Assembly: GCA_963169745.1 (NCBI GenBank)
Contig: CAUJCU010000015.1
Span: 39,134 to 103,133, forward strand
DNA: 64,000 nt
Source: Bacteroidota bacterium
GTDB lineage: Bacteria > Bacteroidota > Bacteroidia > UBA4408
Direction: 5' to 3'
Position numbers and translations under genes: made by a program. Positions 37,301-45,542 of this stretch are shown here, one piece after another. Within the stretch, counting starts at the first letter, position 1. Each line of letters begins with the position of its first letter. Below the pieces are notes generated by a model, which searched no databases, was not told the DNA's origin, and saw nothing but the letters and a program-made list of their open reading frames with translations.

Positions 37301-38312
37301 TCTTCGCTTCTTCATCAGCCTTTTTCTTTGCCTCTTCATCGGCTTTAGCTTTGTTGGCCCCATCTATTTTACTGTTAGCGGTTGCATTGTCAACACCAGT
37401 ATTTAAGGCATCGTTATAGGATTTTATTGCATCGTCAAACTTCTTAAGGGATAGTGCGTTATCTCCTTTTTTTATGGCTGCGTCAAACTCGGCTTTCTTT
37501 TTTGCAGCAGCAGCTGCATTTTTTGCTTCTTCTTCGGTCTTCTTCTTCGCCTCTTCATCTGCCTTTTTCTTTGCTTCTTCATCGGCTTTAGCTTTGTTGG
37601 CAGCACTTATTTTACTGTTAGCCGTTGCATTATCAACACCAGTATTTAAGGCATCGTTATAGGATTTTATAGCATCATCAAACTTCTTAAGGGATAGTGC
37701 ATTATCTCCTTTTTGTATGGCCGCGTCAAACTCGGCTTTCTTTTTTGCTTCTTGTGCGGCAGCCTCTGCTTCTGCTTTAAGTTGTGCCTCAAGCTCTGTC
37801 ATCATTTGGGTTAATCGTGACAAAATACTTTTGGTGTAGGCAGCATCATAATCAAACCTTCGTGCTGATAACACATAAGAAACCTTTCCAATTGGATCTT
37901 TGAGGAGGCTTAAATCCATTCCCTTGTACTCCTTAAAAAGAGAAACTTCCATATAAAAGCCCATAGGTTGTGAGCGTTCATCTTCATCTGAGGGAACATT
38001 TTTAGTGTCAAAAGTGATTATTTTTGTTATATAGCCCCCAGACTTTGTAACACGTACTGTATAGTAACCATTAGGTTCCAATGTAAAGGAGAATTTCCCA
38101 TTTCCTGAAGAATATACGGTAATAGGCTCGGCACCAGATTTGCTAATTTTTATTGAAACACCGTCAATTGCTTTCCCATTTTCCTCAACTTTTCCGGTAA
38201 CATTGAGCTTCCACTTTGGTTGGGCATAAGCTTTTAAAGGTCCTATTAAGCATAACCCAATAGTTAGGCAAAGTAACTGTAAAAAGAACTTTAACGAAAA
38301 AGAGACCTTCAT
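34305..38312 (-). CDS. giant secreted tandem-repeat protein: signal peptide + CarboxypepD_reg-like beta-sandwich + 13 units (TPR-like hairpin + Ala/Lys/Glu/Asp charged helix) + ~85-aa C-terminal globular domain
   Basis: The ORF is open to 38366 (TTG), but the ATG at 38312 gives a canonical signal peptide (MKVSFSLKFFLQLLCLTIGLCLIGPLKAYAQ). 1335 aa from that start. Charged segments resemble TolA domain II (EARLKAEADAKAKAEADAAAAAELARKK). Confidence 0.8.
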   Translation of the reverse strand: MKVSFSLKFFLQLLCLTIGLCLIGPLKAYAQPKWKLNVTGKVEENGKAIDGVSIKISKSGAEPITVYSSGNGKFSFTLEPNGYYTVRVTKSGGYITKIITFDTKNVPSDEDERSQPMGFYMEVSLFKEYKGMDLSLLKDPIGKVSYVLSARRFDYDAAYTKSILSRLTQMMTELEAQLKAEAEAAAQEAKKKAEFDAAIQKGDNALSLKKFDDAIKSYNDALNTGVDNATANSKISAANKAKADEEAKKKADEEAKKKTEEEAKNAAAAAKKKAEFDAAIKKGDNALSLKKFDDAIKSYNDALNTGVDNATANSKIDGANKAKADEEAKKKADEEAKKKSEEEAKNAAAAAKKKAEFDAAIQKGDNALGAKKFDDAIKSYNDALNTGVDNATANSKIDGANKAKADEEARLKAEADAKAKADADAANKAELAKKKKEFDAAIQKGDDALGAKKFDDALTAYNNALQVHFDDATANSKIDGANKAKADEEARLKAEADAKAKADADAANKAELAKKKKEFDDAIQKGDDALGAKKFDDALTAYNNALQVHFDDATANSKIDGANKAKADEEARLKAEADAKAKAEADAANKALAQKKAEFDKHISDGDKLLIEKKFDESIATYGLALQMNFDNETANSKIATVQKAKADEEARLKAEADAKAKAEADAAATAELARKKEEFNTFISNGDKSLSNLKFDDAINAFNAALALDVDNPLANRKIEEANKAKEDEEARLKAEADAKAKAEADAAAAAELARKKEEFDKYINKGNQSLSAKNYTDAIAQYGSALALDVDNPLANRKIEEANKAKEDEEARLKAEADAKAKAEADKAAAAELAKKKKEFDAAIQKGDDALGAKKFDDALTAYNNALQVHFDDVTANSKIDGANKAKADEEARLKAEADAKAKAEADEAAAAELARKKAEFDTFISNGDKSLSNLKFDDAIDAFNAALGLNIDNPLATRKIEEANKAKENEEARLKAEADAKAKAEADKAAAAELARKKAEFDQLIKQGESKVTEKKFDSAIEDYTQALSLGIDNTLANTKIIEAQDLKEAEEERRKAQDLAERTRLFHTKIKEGDDLVSQKNFNDAILSYKEALELNIDNPLAQSKIDATQKTLDELERARKKALFDKFINNGNMAMSQKKFSQAVNAYTEALNTDYDNNMAQQKLDDARKREEEEKLRLEALAAKRQADLDDVNRRKKEADERERAFLEKARLAREQAKAELIARIEAQKRALSQADRYKAEREKRLAAQANTGGTPSGTRFDLAKKYPQGVSNEEIEGQNCVIYRTIIVKGEVGDEYKKIKYNFGQVYFKKNGNDITEAIYNKEVSVNAP
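35310..37736 (-). repeat. in-frame tandem coding repeat, 10 well-conserved units of 79-82 aa (237-246 nt; the two best-matched copies are offset by exactly 243 nt), followed by 3 degenerate units down to about 34770
   Basis: Unit boundaries were counted from the translation (aa 211-1019 of the 1353-aa ORF). Shadow ORFs at 37231 and 37474 are near-identical and offset by exactly 243 nt. Shadow ORFs at 35713 and 36925 begin with the same ~35 residues and are offset by 1212 nt. Confidence 0.9.
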
Positions 38313-38617
38313 ATTTTTGCTAACCGTAGAGCTGCTATATTGATTTATGTTTTTTTTGAGTTGCAAATATGGTTAAAAATATAAATTTATATAGATGTTA
38401 TTCCTAAAGTTACAAACTTAAATTATTGTAAAAATAATGAATTTTGATAATAAATATTGAAAATTTAAATTTTTAAAAATTCGGAATTATACAACTGTAA
38501 ATACCAAAGAAGGATCAGGAAATCAAAAGAAATGACACTATGCTTTAAAGAGGCTATTATAGAAAAATAAACTTATGAATATGTAGGTTTGCTGTAAAAT
38601 GTGAAAGTAAATATGCC

Positions 38618-38764
38618 TTAATCGTTGCATTTATTACAAGATGCAGTTTGTTTATCTTTCTTATGAGATATTTTAGAAAGTACTTTTCTAAAGAGATAAA
38701 GCGAAGCACTTATAACGATTATAGCAGTAATTATTTCTTGATAATTTTGTTTTAAGAATGACAT
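38618..38764 (-). CDS. small (48 aa) membrane peptide with C-terminal CxxC, resembling FeoB-associated Cys-rich membrane proteins; not in the ORF track
   Basis: Hand translation: MSFLKQNYQEIITAIIVISASLYLFRKVLSKISHKKDKQTASCNKCND. One TM helix, a basic stretch, then CNKC. A TAACTTTG -7 box ends 4 nt before the ATG. Confidence 0.35.
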   Translation of the reverse strand: MSFLKQNYQEIITAIIVISASLYLFRKVLSKISHKKDKQTASCNKCND

Positions 38765-38768
38765 CATA

Positions 38769-38776
38769 CAAAGTTA
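38769..38776 (-). promoter_or_regulatory. -7 box (TAACTTTG on - strand) placing a TSS at or next to the ATG of the 48-aa ORF (leaderless)
   Basis: + strand CAAAGTTA at 38769-38776. ATG at 38764. Confidence 0.35.
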
Positions 38777-38786
38777 AGCTTTTTCG

Positions 38787-38794
38787 TAAATTTG
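38787..38794 (+). promoter_or_regulatory. -7 box (TAAATTTG) for the E1 alpha/beta gene
   Basis: 22 nt upstream of the ATG at 38817. Same TTTGCAGG context as the box at 22438. Confidence 0.45.
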
Positions 38795-38816
38795 CAGGCT
38801 GAAAAAAGTATTTCTT

Positions 38817-40796
38817 ATGAAATTTGACCGTAAAAAACACAAAGATAGTTTATTGTTAGGCTTGTACCATGGTTTGTTAAAGCCACGAATGATTGAAGAA
38901 AAAATGTTGCTATTGCTTAGGCAGGGAAAAATATCTAAATGGTTTTCAGGAATTGGTCAGGAAGCCATTTCAGTAGGAGTGACTATGGCTCTTGAAGAAG
39001 ATGAATATATCTTGCCCATGCACCGTAACCTTGGAGTTTTTACCAGTAGAAACATGCCTTTAAACCGCTTGTTTGCTCAGTTTCAGGGAACAGGAGGGGG
39101 CTATAGCAAAGGGCGTGAAAGATCGTTTCATTTTGGGAGCAACGAGCATCATATTGTTGGTATGATTTCTCATTTAGGGCCGCAAATGGGTGTTGCTGAT
39201 GGTATAGCATTAAGTCATCTGCTTAAGAAAGAGGCTAAGGTTACTGCCGTTTTTACAGGTGATGGAGGAGCCAGTGAAGGAGACTTCCACGAAAGTGTGA
39301 ATGTGGCTGCTGTATGGAGCTTACCAGTAATTTTTGTAATCGAAAATAATGGTTATGGATTATCTACACCTACCAATCAACAATATAAATTCAAAAATTT
39401 TATAGATAAAGGTTTGGGATATGGTATAGAAGCCTTAAAAATTGATGGGAATAATATTTTGGAAGTGTATGACACTATAAAAAAATTAGCAGAAAGTATG
39501 CATGCTAATCCTAGGCCGGTGTTATTAGAGTGTGTTACTTTTAGGATGCGCGGACATGAAGAAGCTTCAGGAACAAAATATGTTCCGCAAGAATTATTTG
39601 AAGAATGGGGTCAAAAAGACCCATTAATTAATTATGAAAAGTATTTATTGGATGAGGCTGTTCTCACTAATGAAATTATTGAAAGTTACCGTAAGGAAAT
39701 TAAACATGAAATAGAAAATGGTCTGGAGTTAGCATTTTCAGAACCTCCTGTTGTTCCGGATACAGCATTAGAATATACTGACCTTTATGCCCCTTTTGAT
39801 AATAGAGAAATACCTCCTTTGAGATCTAATACACGTAATATTCGTTTGGTTGATGCCATTAGTGAAGGCCTTAGGCAAAGTATGCAAAAACATCCAAATT
39901 TAGTGCTTATGGGGCAGGATATTGCTGAGTATGGCGGAGTTTTTAAAATAACAGAAGGCTTTCTAAATGAATTTGGAGCAGATCGCGTGCGGAACACACC
40001 CTTATGTGAGGCAGCCATTGTAGGAACAGCCTTAGGGCTTTCTGTTAATGGAATGAAAGCTATGGTTGAAATGCAATTTGCAGATTTTGTAACGGAAGGA
40101 TTTAATCAAATAGTTAACAATTTGGCTAAAATTTACTGGCGCTGGGGGCAAAATGCTGACGTAGTAATTAGAATGCCAACGGGAGCAGGAGTAGGAGCAG
40201 GTCCCTTTCACTCACAGAGCAATGAGGCTTGGTTTTTTCACACACCCGGTTTAAAGATCTTATATCCGGCTTTTCCAGCAGATGCCAAAGGCTTGTTAAA
40301 TGCTGCATTTAATGACCCTAATCCTATTCTGTTTTTTGAACATAAAGCCTTATACCGCAGTATTACCGGAGAAGTGCCTGACGATTACTATACTCTTGAA
40401 ATAGGAAAAGCAAACTGGGTAAAAAAAGGAACTCAAATTTCTATCATTACTTATGGCTATGGTGTTCATTGGGCTTTAGAAACATTGGCAGATTATCCCG
40501 AAATTTCGGCTGACTTATTAGATCTAAGAACTTTATTGCCTCTTGACTGGGAGGCTATAGTTGCCACAGTTAATAATACAGGAAAGGTAATAATTTTACA
40601 TGAAGACACACTAATAGGAGGTATAGGAGCCGAGATTGCTGCTTATATAAACGAACATTGCTTTAACAGTTTAGATGCACCAGTAGTAAGATGTGCTTCG
40701 TTAGACACTCCGGTACCTTTTTCCATTGCTCTGGAAAAAAACTTTTTACCTAAAGAACGTTTTAAGAAAAAATTAATTGAGTTGTGGAATTATTAA
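38817..40796 (+). CDS. fused E1 alpha/beta component of a 2-oxo acid (branched-chain type) dehydrogenase, TPP-dependent
   Basis: 659 aa. N-terminal half has the TPP-binding GDGGASEGDFHESVNVAAVWSLPVIFVIENNGYG motif. C-terminal half is a transketolase-like pyrimidine-binding plus C-terminal domain (..RVRNTPLCEAAIVG..). Confidence 0.85.
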   Translation: MKFDRKKHKDSLLLGLYHGLLKPRMIEEKMLLLLRQGKISKWFSGIGQEAISVGVTMALEEDEYILPMHRNLGVFTSRNMPLNRLFAQFQGTGGGYSKGRERSFHFGSNEHHIVGMISHLGPQMGVADGIALSHLLKKEAKVTAVFTGDGGASEGDFHESVNVAAVWSLPVIFVIENNGYGLSTPTNQQYKFKNFIDKGLGYGIEALKIDGNNILEVYDTIKKLAESMHANPRPVLLECVTFRMRGHEEASGTKYVPQELFEEWGQKDPLINYEKYLLDEAVLTNEIIESYRKEIKHEIENGLELAFSEPPVVPDTALEYTDLYAPFDNREIPPLRSNTRNIRLVDAISEGLRQSMQKHPNLVLMGQDIAEYGGVFKITEGFLNEFGADRVRNTPLCEAAIVGTALGLSVNGMKAMVEMQFADFVTEGFNQIVNNLAKIYWRWGQNADVVIRMPTGAGVGAGPFHSQSNEAWFFHTPGLKILYPAFPADAKGLLNAAFNDPNPILFFEHKALYRSITGEVPDDYYTLEIGKANWVKKGTQISIITYGYGVHWALETLADYPEISADLLDLRTLLPLDWEAIVATVNNTGKVIILHEDTLIGGIGAEIAAYINEHCFNSLDAPVVRCASLDTPVPFSIALEKNFLPKERFKKKLIELWNY

Positions 40797-40808
40797 TCAT
40801 TATTACAC

Positions 40809-41426
40809 TTGAACCTATCATCAAAACTATTAACTGAGGCTGTAGAACAATTTTCGGGACTACCCGGAATAGGAAAAAAAACGGCCTTGCGATTAGTACT
40901 CCATTTACTGAAGCAAGATTCTAATAATGTACAGCATTTTGCCGAAGCCTTGTTAAAGTTAAGACAGGAGGCGTTATTTTGTAAAAAATGCTTTAATATA
41001 TCAGATACAGATTGTTGTGAAATATGCAACAGTACAACAAGAACTAAAGAAGTTATTTGTGTGGTTGCTGACCTTCGAGATATAATTGCTATAGAAAATA
41101 CCGGGCAGTATAATGGTTTATACCATGTTTTAGGAGGTATTATTTCTCCTATGGAAGGAACCGGACCTTCTGATTTGAATATTAACAGCCTTGTAAAAAG
41201 AGTTGAGGTTGAAACACCACGTGAAATTATTTTAGCCCTTAAAGGCTCTATGGAAGGAGATACAACAGCTTTTTATATTTTCCGAAAATTGAATGAATAT
41301 AAAGGCCTTATTAGCATTATTGCAAGGGGCATATCAATAGGCGATGAACTGGAATACGCTGATGAGGTTTCATTGGGACGTAGTATTTTGCAGCGCACAC
41401 CATTTGAGAACACCTTAAAAGAATAG
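40809..41426 (+). CDS. recR: recombination protein RecR
   Basis: 205 aa, TTG start. HhH LPGIGKKTALRL, zinc finger CKKCFNISDTDCCEIC, and a Toprim segment. Confidence 0.9.
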   Translation: MNLSSKLLTEAVEQFSGLPGIGKKTALRLVLHLLKQDSNNVQHFAEALLKLRQEALFCKKCFNISDTDCCEICNSTTRTKEVICVVADLRDIIAIENTGQYNGLYHVLGGIISPMEGTGPSDLNINSLVKRVEVETPREIILALKGSMEGDTTAFYIFRKLNEYKGLISIIARGISIGDELEYADEVSLGRSILQRTPFENTLKE

Positions 41427-41459
41427 ATGAAATTGAAGCGATTCAATACTTTACGCATC

Positions 41460-42098
41460 TCATCGAGCCAAATTGATAACACACCAAAACACCAAAAGCA
41501 AACTAAAGCTTAGCACCCCAAGATGGTTTTCTTTCTCAACTTTGAGTATGCCCCCTATACCCAAAAAGAGAAGACTTAGTACAAACCACATAACATAATT
41601 TTGAATGGGAATTTGATTTTGATGCCAATGCCATAAGTCCAAAGCTGAGGCAGCATGTTCTGTTAGAATATCAATAGTGAGTATAAAAAATGCACCTAAT
41701 GCTGATGCACCAAAAAAATGAGAAGTGATTTTTGAGGATAAACTTTGAGCTGACAAGGTAAGTACAAGCCAATAAACTCCGGTAAGTACCGGTACTTCTT
41801 TTAGTTTAAACCCGAGCGAGTCGCCATAAAAGTACATTCCAAAGAGTTTTCCGGTTCGTAAACCCGATAGGCTAATGGCAAATCCGGCAACACAAACAAA
41901 TAAACAAAAGCGTAAAAAATCTTTATTCTTATAGGGCCCGGAAAATACAAGAGCAATAGCGTTTAAAAGAATTAAGAATGGGAAAAACTGTACAAAAAAT
42001 TGAGGGGCAATAAAATAGGTTACTAAAGATACTAAGTATAGCAACGAAACAGCTATTTTAATAAAAAGAGGCTTAAAAATTGTTGTTGAATTTAACAT
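41460..42098 (-). CDS. polytopic membrane protein (possibly DUF422/carotenoid-biosynthesis-protein family)
   Basis: 212 aa, about 7 TM. The ..LDLWHWHQN..P..NYVMWF.. segment recalls the family. Weak assignment. Confidence 0.35.
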   Translation of the reverse strand: MLNSTTIFKPLFIKIAVSLLYLVSLVTYFIAPQFFVQFFPFLILLNAIALVFSGPYKNKDFLRFCLFVCVAGFAISLSGLRTGKLFGMYFYGDSLGFKLKEVPVLTGVYWLVLTLSAQSLSSKITSHFFGASALGAFFILTIDILTEHAASALDLWHWHQNQIPIQNYVMWFVLSLLFLGIGGILKVEKENHLGVLSFSLLLVFWCVINLAR

Positions 42099-42155
42099 GA
42101 GCGCTATGATATTGCTAATTTATTAAACTGTAATACTAGGAAATTTGTCATGTTG

Positions 42156-42539
42156 TTATTTTAAAAAGGAAGCATCAAAGCTTTCGAAAAAACTAAGCCA
42201 AACTACTCGTGATTTACGCATAATAAATGGAAATAAAATTAAGGATATAAGTGTAACCCCAGCTACAAAATAATGAACCGTATAGCTCCAGAAAAAAAAG
42301 TAATACAATAAAAACAGAAAAGCAACAAGCCCTACATTTAGCCCGTAGCTAATATACATAGCTCCGAAATAAAACCAAGTTTCTTTTTCAAAAACACAGC
42401 TGCAAACTTTACATTTTTCGTGCATTTTTACCACATTCTTTAAATGGTATGGATTTTTATCTACAAATAAATCATGACTATGACATCTTGGGCATTTATC
42501 AAAAATAATTCCGTAAAGTTTGTGTTCTTTAAAATTCAT
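42156..42539 (-). CDS. DUF983 membrane protein (zinc-ribbon + 2 TM)
   Basis: 127 aa. CPRC...CKVC ribbon followed by two TM helices. Confidence 0.6.
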   Translation of the reverse strand: MNFKEHKLYGIIFDKCPRCHSHDLFVDKNPYHLKNVVKMHEKCKVCSCVFEKETWFYFGAMYISYGLNVGLVAFLFLLYYFFFWSYTVHYFVAGVTLISLILFPFIMRKSRVVWLSFFESFDASFLK

Positions 42540-42565
42540 TTCGGCCCTATTAAAAGTTACTTTTT

Positions 42566-45526
42566 TTAGTCAATGGTTATTTCATCAATAAAAATAAAAG
42601 CGTCTCCTCCAAACCCGGCATGCCACTCGGGAAGTTTTCCAAAATTCTGTGCTTTTATTCTAATATATTGAGCTTTAACCGATTGAAATTTCTTAAAAAT
42701 TGACTGGGTCATAATCGTGTAATCATTGGCGGGAGTTTGATTTTGCTCGATCCCAATTGGTATAAATTTTTTACCATCGGTACTGTATTCAAAAGATACA
42801 TTTTTTGGAAACACAATCCAGCTTCGGGTATCTTGTAAAAAGTGAGCCGAAATTTTAGATATTTCTTTTACTTCATTCATGTCAATTATGGCTTCAAAAT
42901 TTTGTGATTGATAACCTTGCCAACCCCCTTTCCGCCAATCGGTAGAGCCCGCAATGCCATCAATTAAACCTTGTTTTCCATCGGCACTGTATTGTGGGTT
43001 ATAAACGGACTTTAGCGTTACTTTCCAAAATGGATGAGGTAGTTTATGCATATATGCCTGAGCTGTTTTTGATGCTTTGTTTTGACTTACTGCAATAGCT
43101 TTTATTGTTGCACTTTCTTTTAGTGAAAAAGGAGACTCATATAGTTTGCTGTCCATGGTAGGGATTTGCCCATTAGTAGTGTAGTAAATCTGCGTTTCAA
43201 TGTCTGTTTTTAGTGCAATTAGAGTGCTATCAGCAAAAGGATTTTCGGAAGCTATAACCAGCGGATTAACTATAATTTGCGAAGATTCATCAATGAGAGG
43301 GTAATCTCGTTTGTAAAGCTGCAAAGCACTATCGGCACTTGAAGTGGTACGATATATGATAGCGCCTCCTTTTATTAAATCAGAATAATTTACTTGCATG
43401 GACTTGTCAGGAAAAGGACTAAATATTTTTTCTATATACTTATCCTGCTTATTTTTCGATTTGTTTGAAAAAATCAATTTCTTATCCTTTTCAAGATTGA
43501 GAATAACTGTATTGAAAAGCGGTGTGGTGAACTCAAACACCGGATAGCCGGGACAAATTTGATACAAACCGAGAGAACTGAGAACATACCAAGCACTCAT
43601 TTGTCCACAATCCTCGTTACCAATTAATCCATCGGGAGTGTTTTTATAGAAATTATTTAAAATTTGGTGTACCTTATCGGTTGTTTTTGTAGGCTTACCA
43701 ATGCTGTTGTACAAATAAGCAATATGATGACTGGGCTCGTTGCCATGAGCATACTGCCCTATAAGGCCAGTAATATCAACTTGTGTACGCCCGCTTGTTT
43801 GTGATTTAGCTGTAAAAAGCTCATCCAATTTTTTTTCAAAAGCATCAGCACCTCCATAAGCATTAATCATACCCGGAATATCTTGAGGTACAAAAAAAGT
43901 ATATTGCCAAGCATTGGCTTCTGTGAAATTATTGTTAACCTCATAAGGGTCAAAAGGAGTGAGGAAATTTCCATTCTTTTTAGGACGAATAAATTGACTT
44001 TGTGTATCGAATAAATTTTTCCAACTTTGAGAACGTTGCATATAAACCGTGTAATCAGCCATATAATTTAAATACTTGGCTACTTGTGCTATACACCAAT
44101 CATCATAAGCGTACTCTAATGTTTTAGATACAGATTCTGATTCATCTTCAATACTCAAAGCCCCATTTTGAATATATGCGCCCAGCCCAAACCGTTGTTT
44201 GCTCTCAGCACTTTTTTTCATAGCTTCAAGTGCTTTTGGGATATCAAAATCGGTAATTCCTTTACTAACGGCATCTGCAATTACCGAAACACTATGATAC
44301 CCAATCATACATTCAGTTTCATTACAACTAAGTTCCCACACCGGAAGCAGGCCTCCCTGATCATATTGAGCCAAAAATGTTTTGATAAAATCCAAAGTTC
44401 TCTTTTTGTCAATAATTGTCATTAAAGGGTGCCACGCTCTAAAAGTATCCCACAAGCTAAAAACGCTATAATAATCAAATCCATTGGCTTTATGGACCTT
44501 TCCGTCACGTCCTCTGTAAAGACCATCTACATCATTATAAATATTGGGTTGTATCATGCAATGATAAAGTGCTGTATAAAATATTTTCTTTTGAATAAAT
44601 GAGGCATCTCCTATTTCAATTTTTGAAAGCTCATGATCCCAAACAGCCATAGCATCATTTCTAACCTTTTCAAAATCCCAATGAGGTAATTCGGCCTGCA
44701 TGTTTCCTTTGGCGCCTGCTGCACTCACAGAAGATATGGCTACTTTGGCTAATAATTTTCCGTGTTTTGGGTTGTTAAAAGTAAATACTATTTTGCCAAA
44801 GTTACCACTGTTCATTTTTGAGTTTTTAACCGCCTCAGGTGCTTTTGCTGTATCATTAACCAACCATTTTTTAGAACTAAATTTTTGATTAAAAACCAAA
44901 TAGAAATAAATTTCTTGTTTTTTTGCCCAGCCCTCACTAATACGATACCCTTCAACTGTACTGTCGTTTACTATTTTTATAAAATAATCCAGTGCTTTGT
45001 CACGGTGTTCCAAATCGAGTACAACCTGTGATTTACTGCCGGGTTGAAAACTATAGCGGTGCATACCGGTTCTTAATGTAGTAGTAAGTTCTACATCAAT
45101 ATTGTTATCTAAATTAACCGAGTAATATCCAGCACGAGCAGCCTCGTTTTTATGTTTAAAAGAGGCTGCATAGCTTTTGTTGTTGAACGATACTGGGGTG
45201 TTAGCTGGCATTAATGAAATATCGCCATAATCACTGCAACCGGTACCGTTAAGGTGGGTATGACTAAAGCCATATATAATACTGTCGCTGTAATGGTAAC
45301 CACTGCATCCATCCCAAGAGCCATCAACTCGGGTGTCAGGACTTAGCTGCACCATTCCAAAAGGTAATGTGGCACCAGGATAAGTGTGCCCATGTCCTCC
45401 CGTACCGATAAATGGATTAACAAACTGACTGTTGTTCTTGCTTCCTGCTTTAATAGGTGTTTGTTTGCTTTGACTAGAAACTTGAAATGGTATAAGACAT
45501 AAAATCCAATATAATAAAATCCTCAT
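42566..45526 (-). CDS. GH92 alpha-mannosidase with C-terminal CHB_HEX_C-like and F5/8 type C (discoidin) domains
   Basis: FVNPFIGTGGHGHTYPGATLPFGMVQLSPDT is the GH92 hallmark. IYYTTNGQIPT...IKAIAV matches a chitobiase C-terminal-like domain, and the last ~150 aa are discoidin-like. The ATG at 45526 (signal peptide MRILLYWILCLIPFQVSSQ) is preferred over the TTG at 45556. Confidence 0.85.
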   Translation of the reverse strand: MRILLYWILCLIPFQVSSQSKQTPIKAGSKNNSQFVNPFIGTGGHGHTYPGATLPFGMVQLSPDTRVDGSWDGCSGYHYSDSIIYGFSHTHLNGTGCSDYGDISLMPANTPVSFNNKSYAASFKHKNEAARAGYYSVNLDNNIDVELTTTLRTGMHRYSFQPGSKSQVVLDLEHRDKALDYFIKIVNDSTVEGYRISEGWAKKQEIYFYLVFNQKFSSKKWLVNDTAKAPEAVKNSKMNSGNFGKIVFTFNNPKHGKLLAKVAISSVSAAGAKGNMQAELPHWDFEKVRNDAMAVWDHELSKIEIGDASFIQKKIFYTALYHCMIQPNIYNDVDGLYRGRDGKVHKANGFDYYSVFSLWDTFRAWHPLMTIIDKKRTLDFIKTFLAQYDQGGLLPVWELSCNETECMIGYHSVSVIADAVSKGITDFDIPKALEAMKKSAESKQRFGLGAYIQNGALSIEDESESVSKTLEYAYDDWCIAQVAKYLNYMADYTVYMQRSQSWKNLFDTQSQFIRPKKNGNFLTPFDPYEVNNNFTEANAWQYTFFVPQDIPGMINAYGGADAFEKKLDELFTAKSQTSGRTQVDITGLIGQYAHGNEPSHHIAYLYNSIGKPTKTTDKVHQILNNFYKNTPDGLIGNEDCGQMSAWYVLSSLGLYQICPGYPVFEFTTPLFNTVILNLEKDKKLIFSNKSKNKQDKYIEKIFSPFPDKSMQVNYSDLIKGGAIIYRTTSSADSALQLYKRDYPLIDESSQIIVNPLVIASENPFADSTLIALKTDIETQIYYTTNGQIPTMDSKLYESPFSLKESATIKAIAVSQNKASKTAQAYMHKLPHPFWKVTLKSVYNPQYSADGKQGLIDGIAGSTDWRKGGWQGYQSQNFEAIIDMNEVKEISKISAHFLQDTRSWIVFPKNVSFEYSTDGKKFIPIGIEQNQTPANDYTIMTQSIFKKFQSVKAQYIRIKAQNFGKLPEWHAGFGGDAFIFIDEITID

Positions 45527-45542
45527 AGTGCTTATTTTAAGG

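Noticed and set aside
35341-37662. Eight + strand ORFs (60-140 aa) inside the repeat gene, several near-identical to each other, translating to ASS/ALA/FFF-rich strings
   Set aside because: They are antisense shadows of the Ala/Lys/Glu-rich - strand repeats (GCN/AAR/GAR codons read backwards). They have no start context and are low-complexity. Their similarity to each other simply mirrors the 243-nt coding repeat.
35310-37736. Regular ~243-nt periodicity that could be mistaken for a CRISPR-like or satellite array
   Set aside because: The period is far too long for CRISPR repeats, there are no unique spacers and no cas genes, and the array is entirely in-frame coding sequence.
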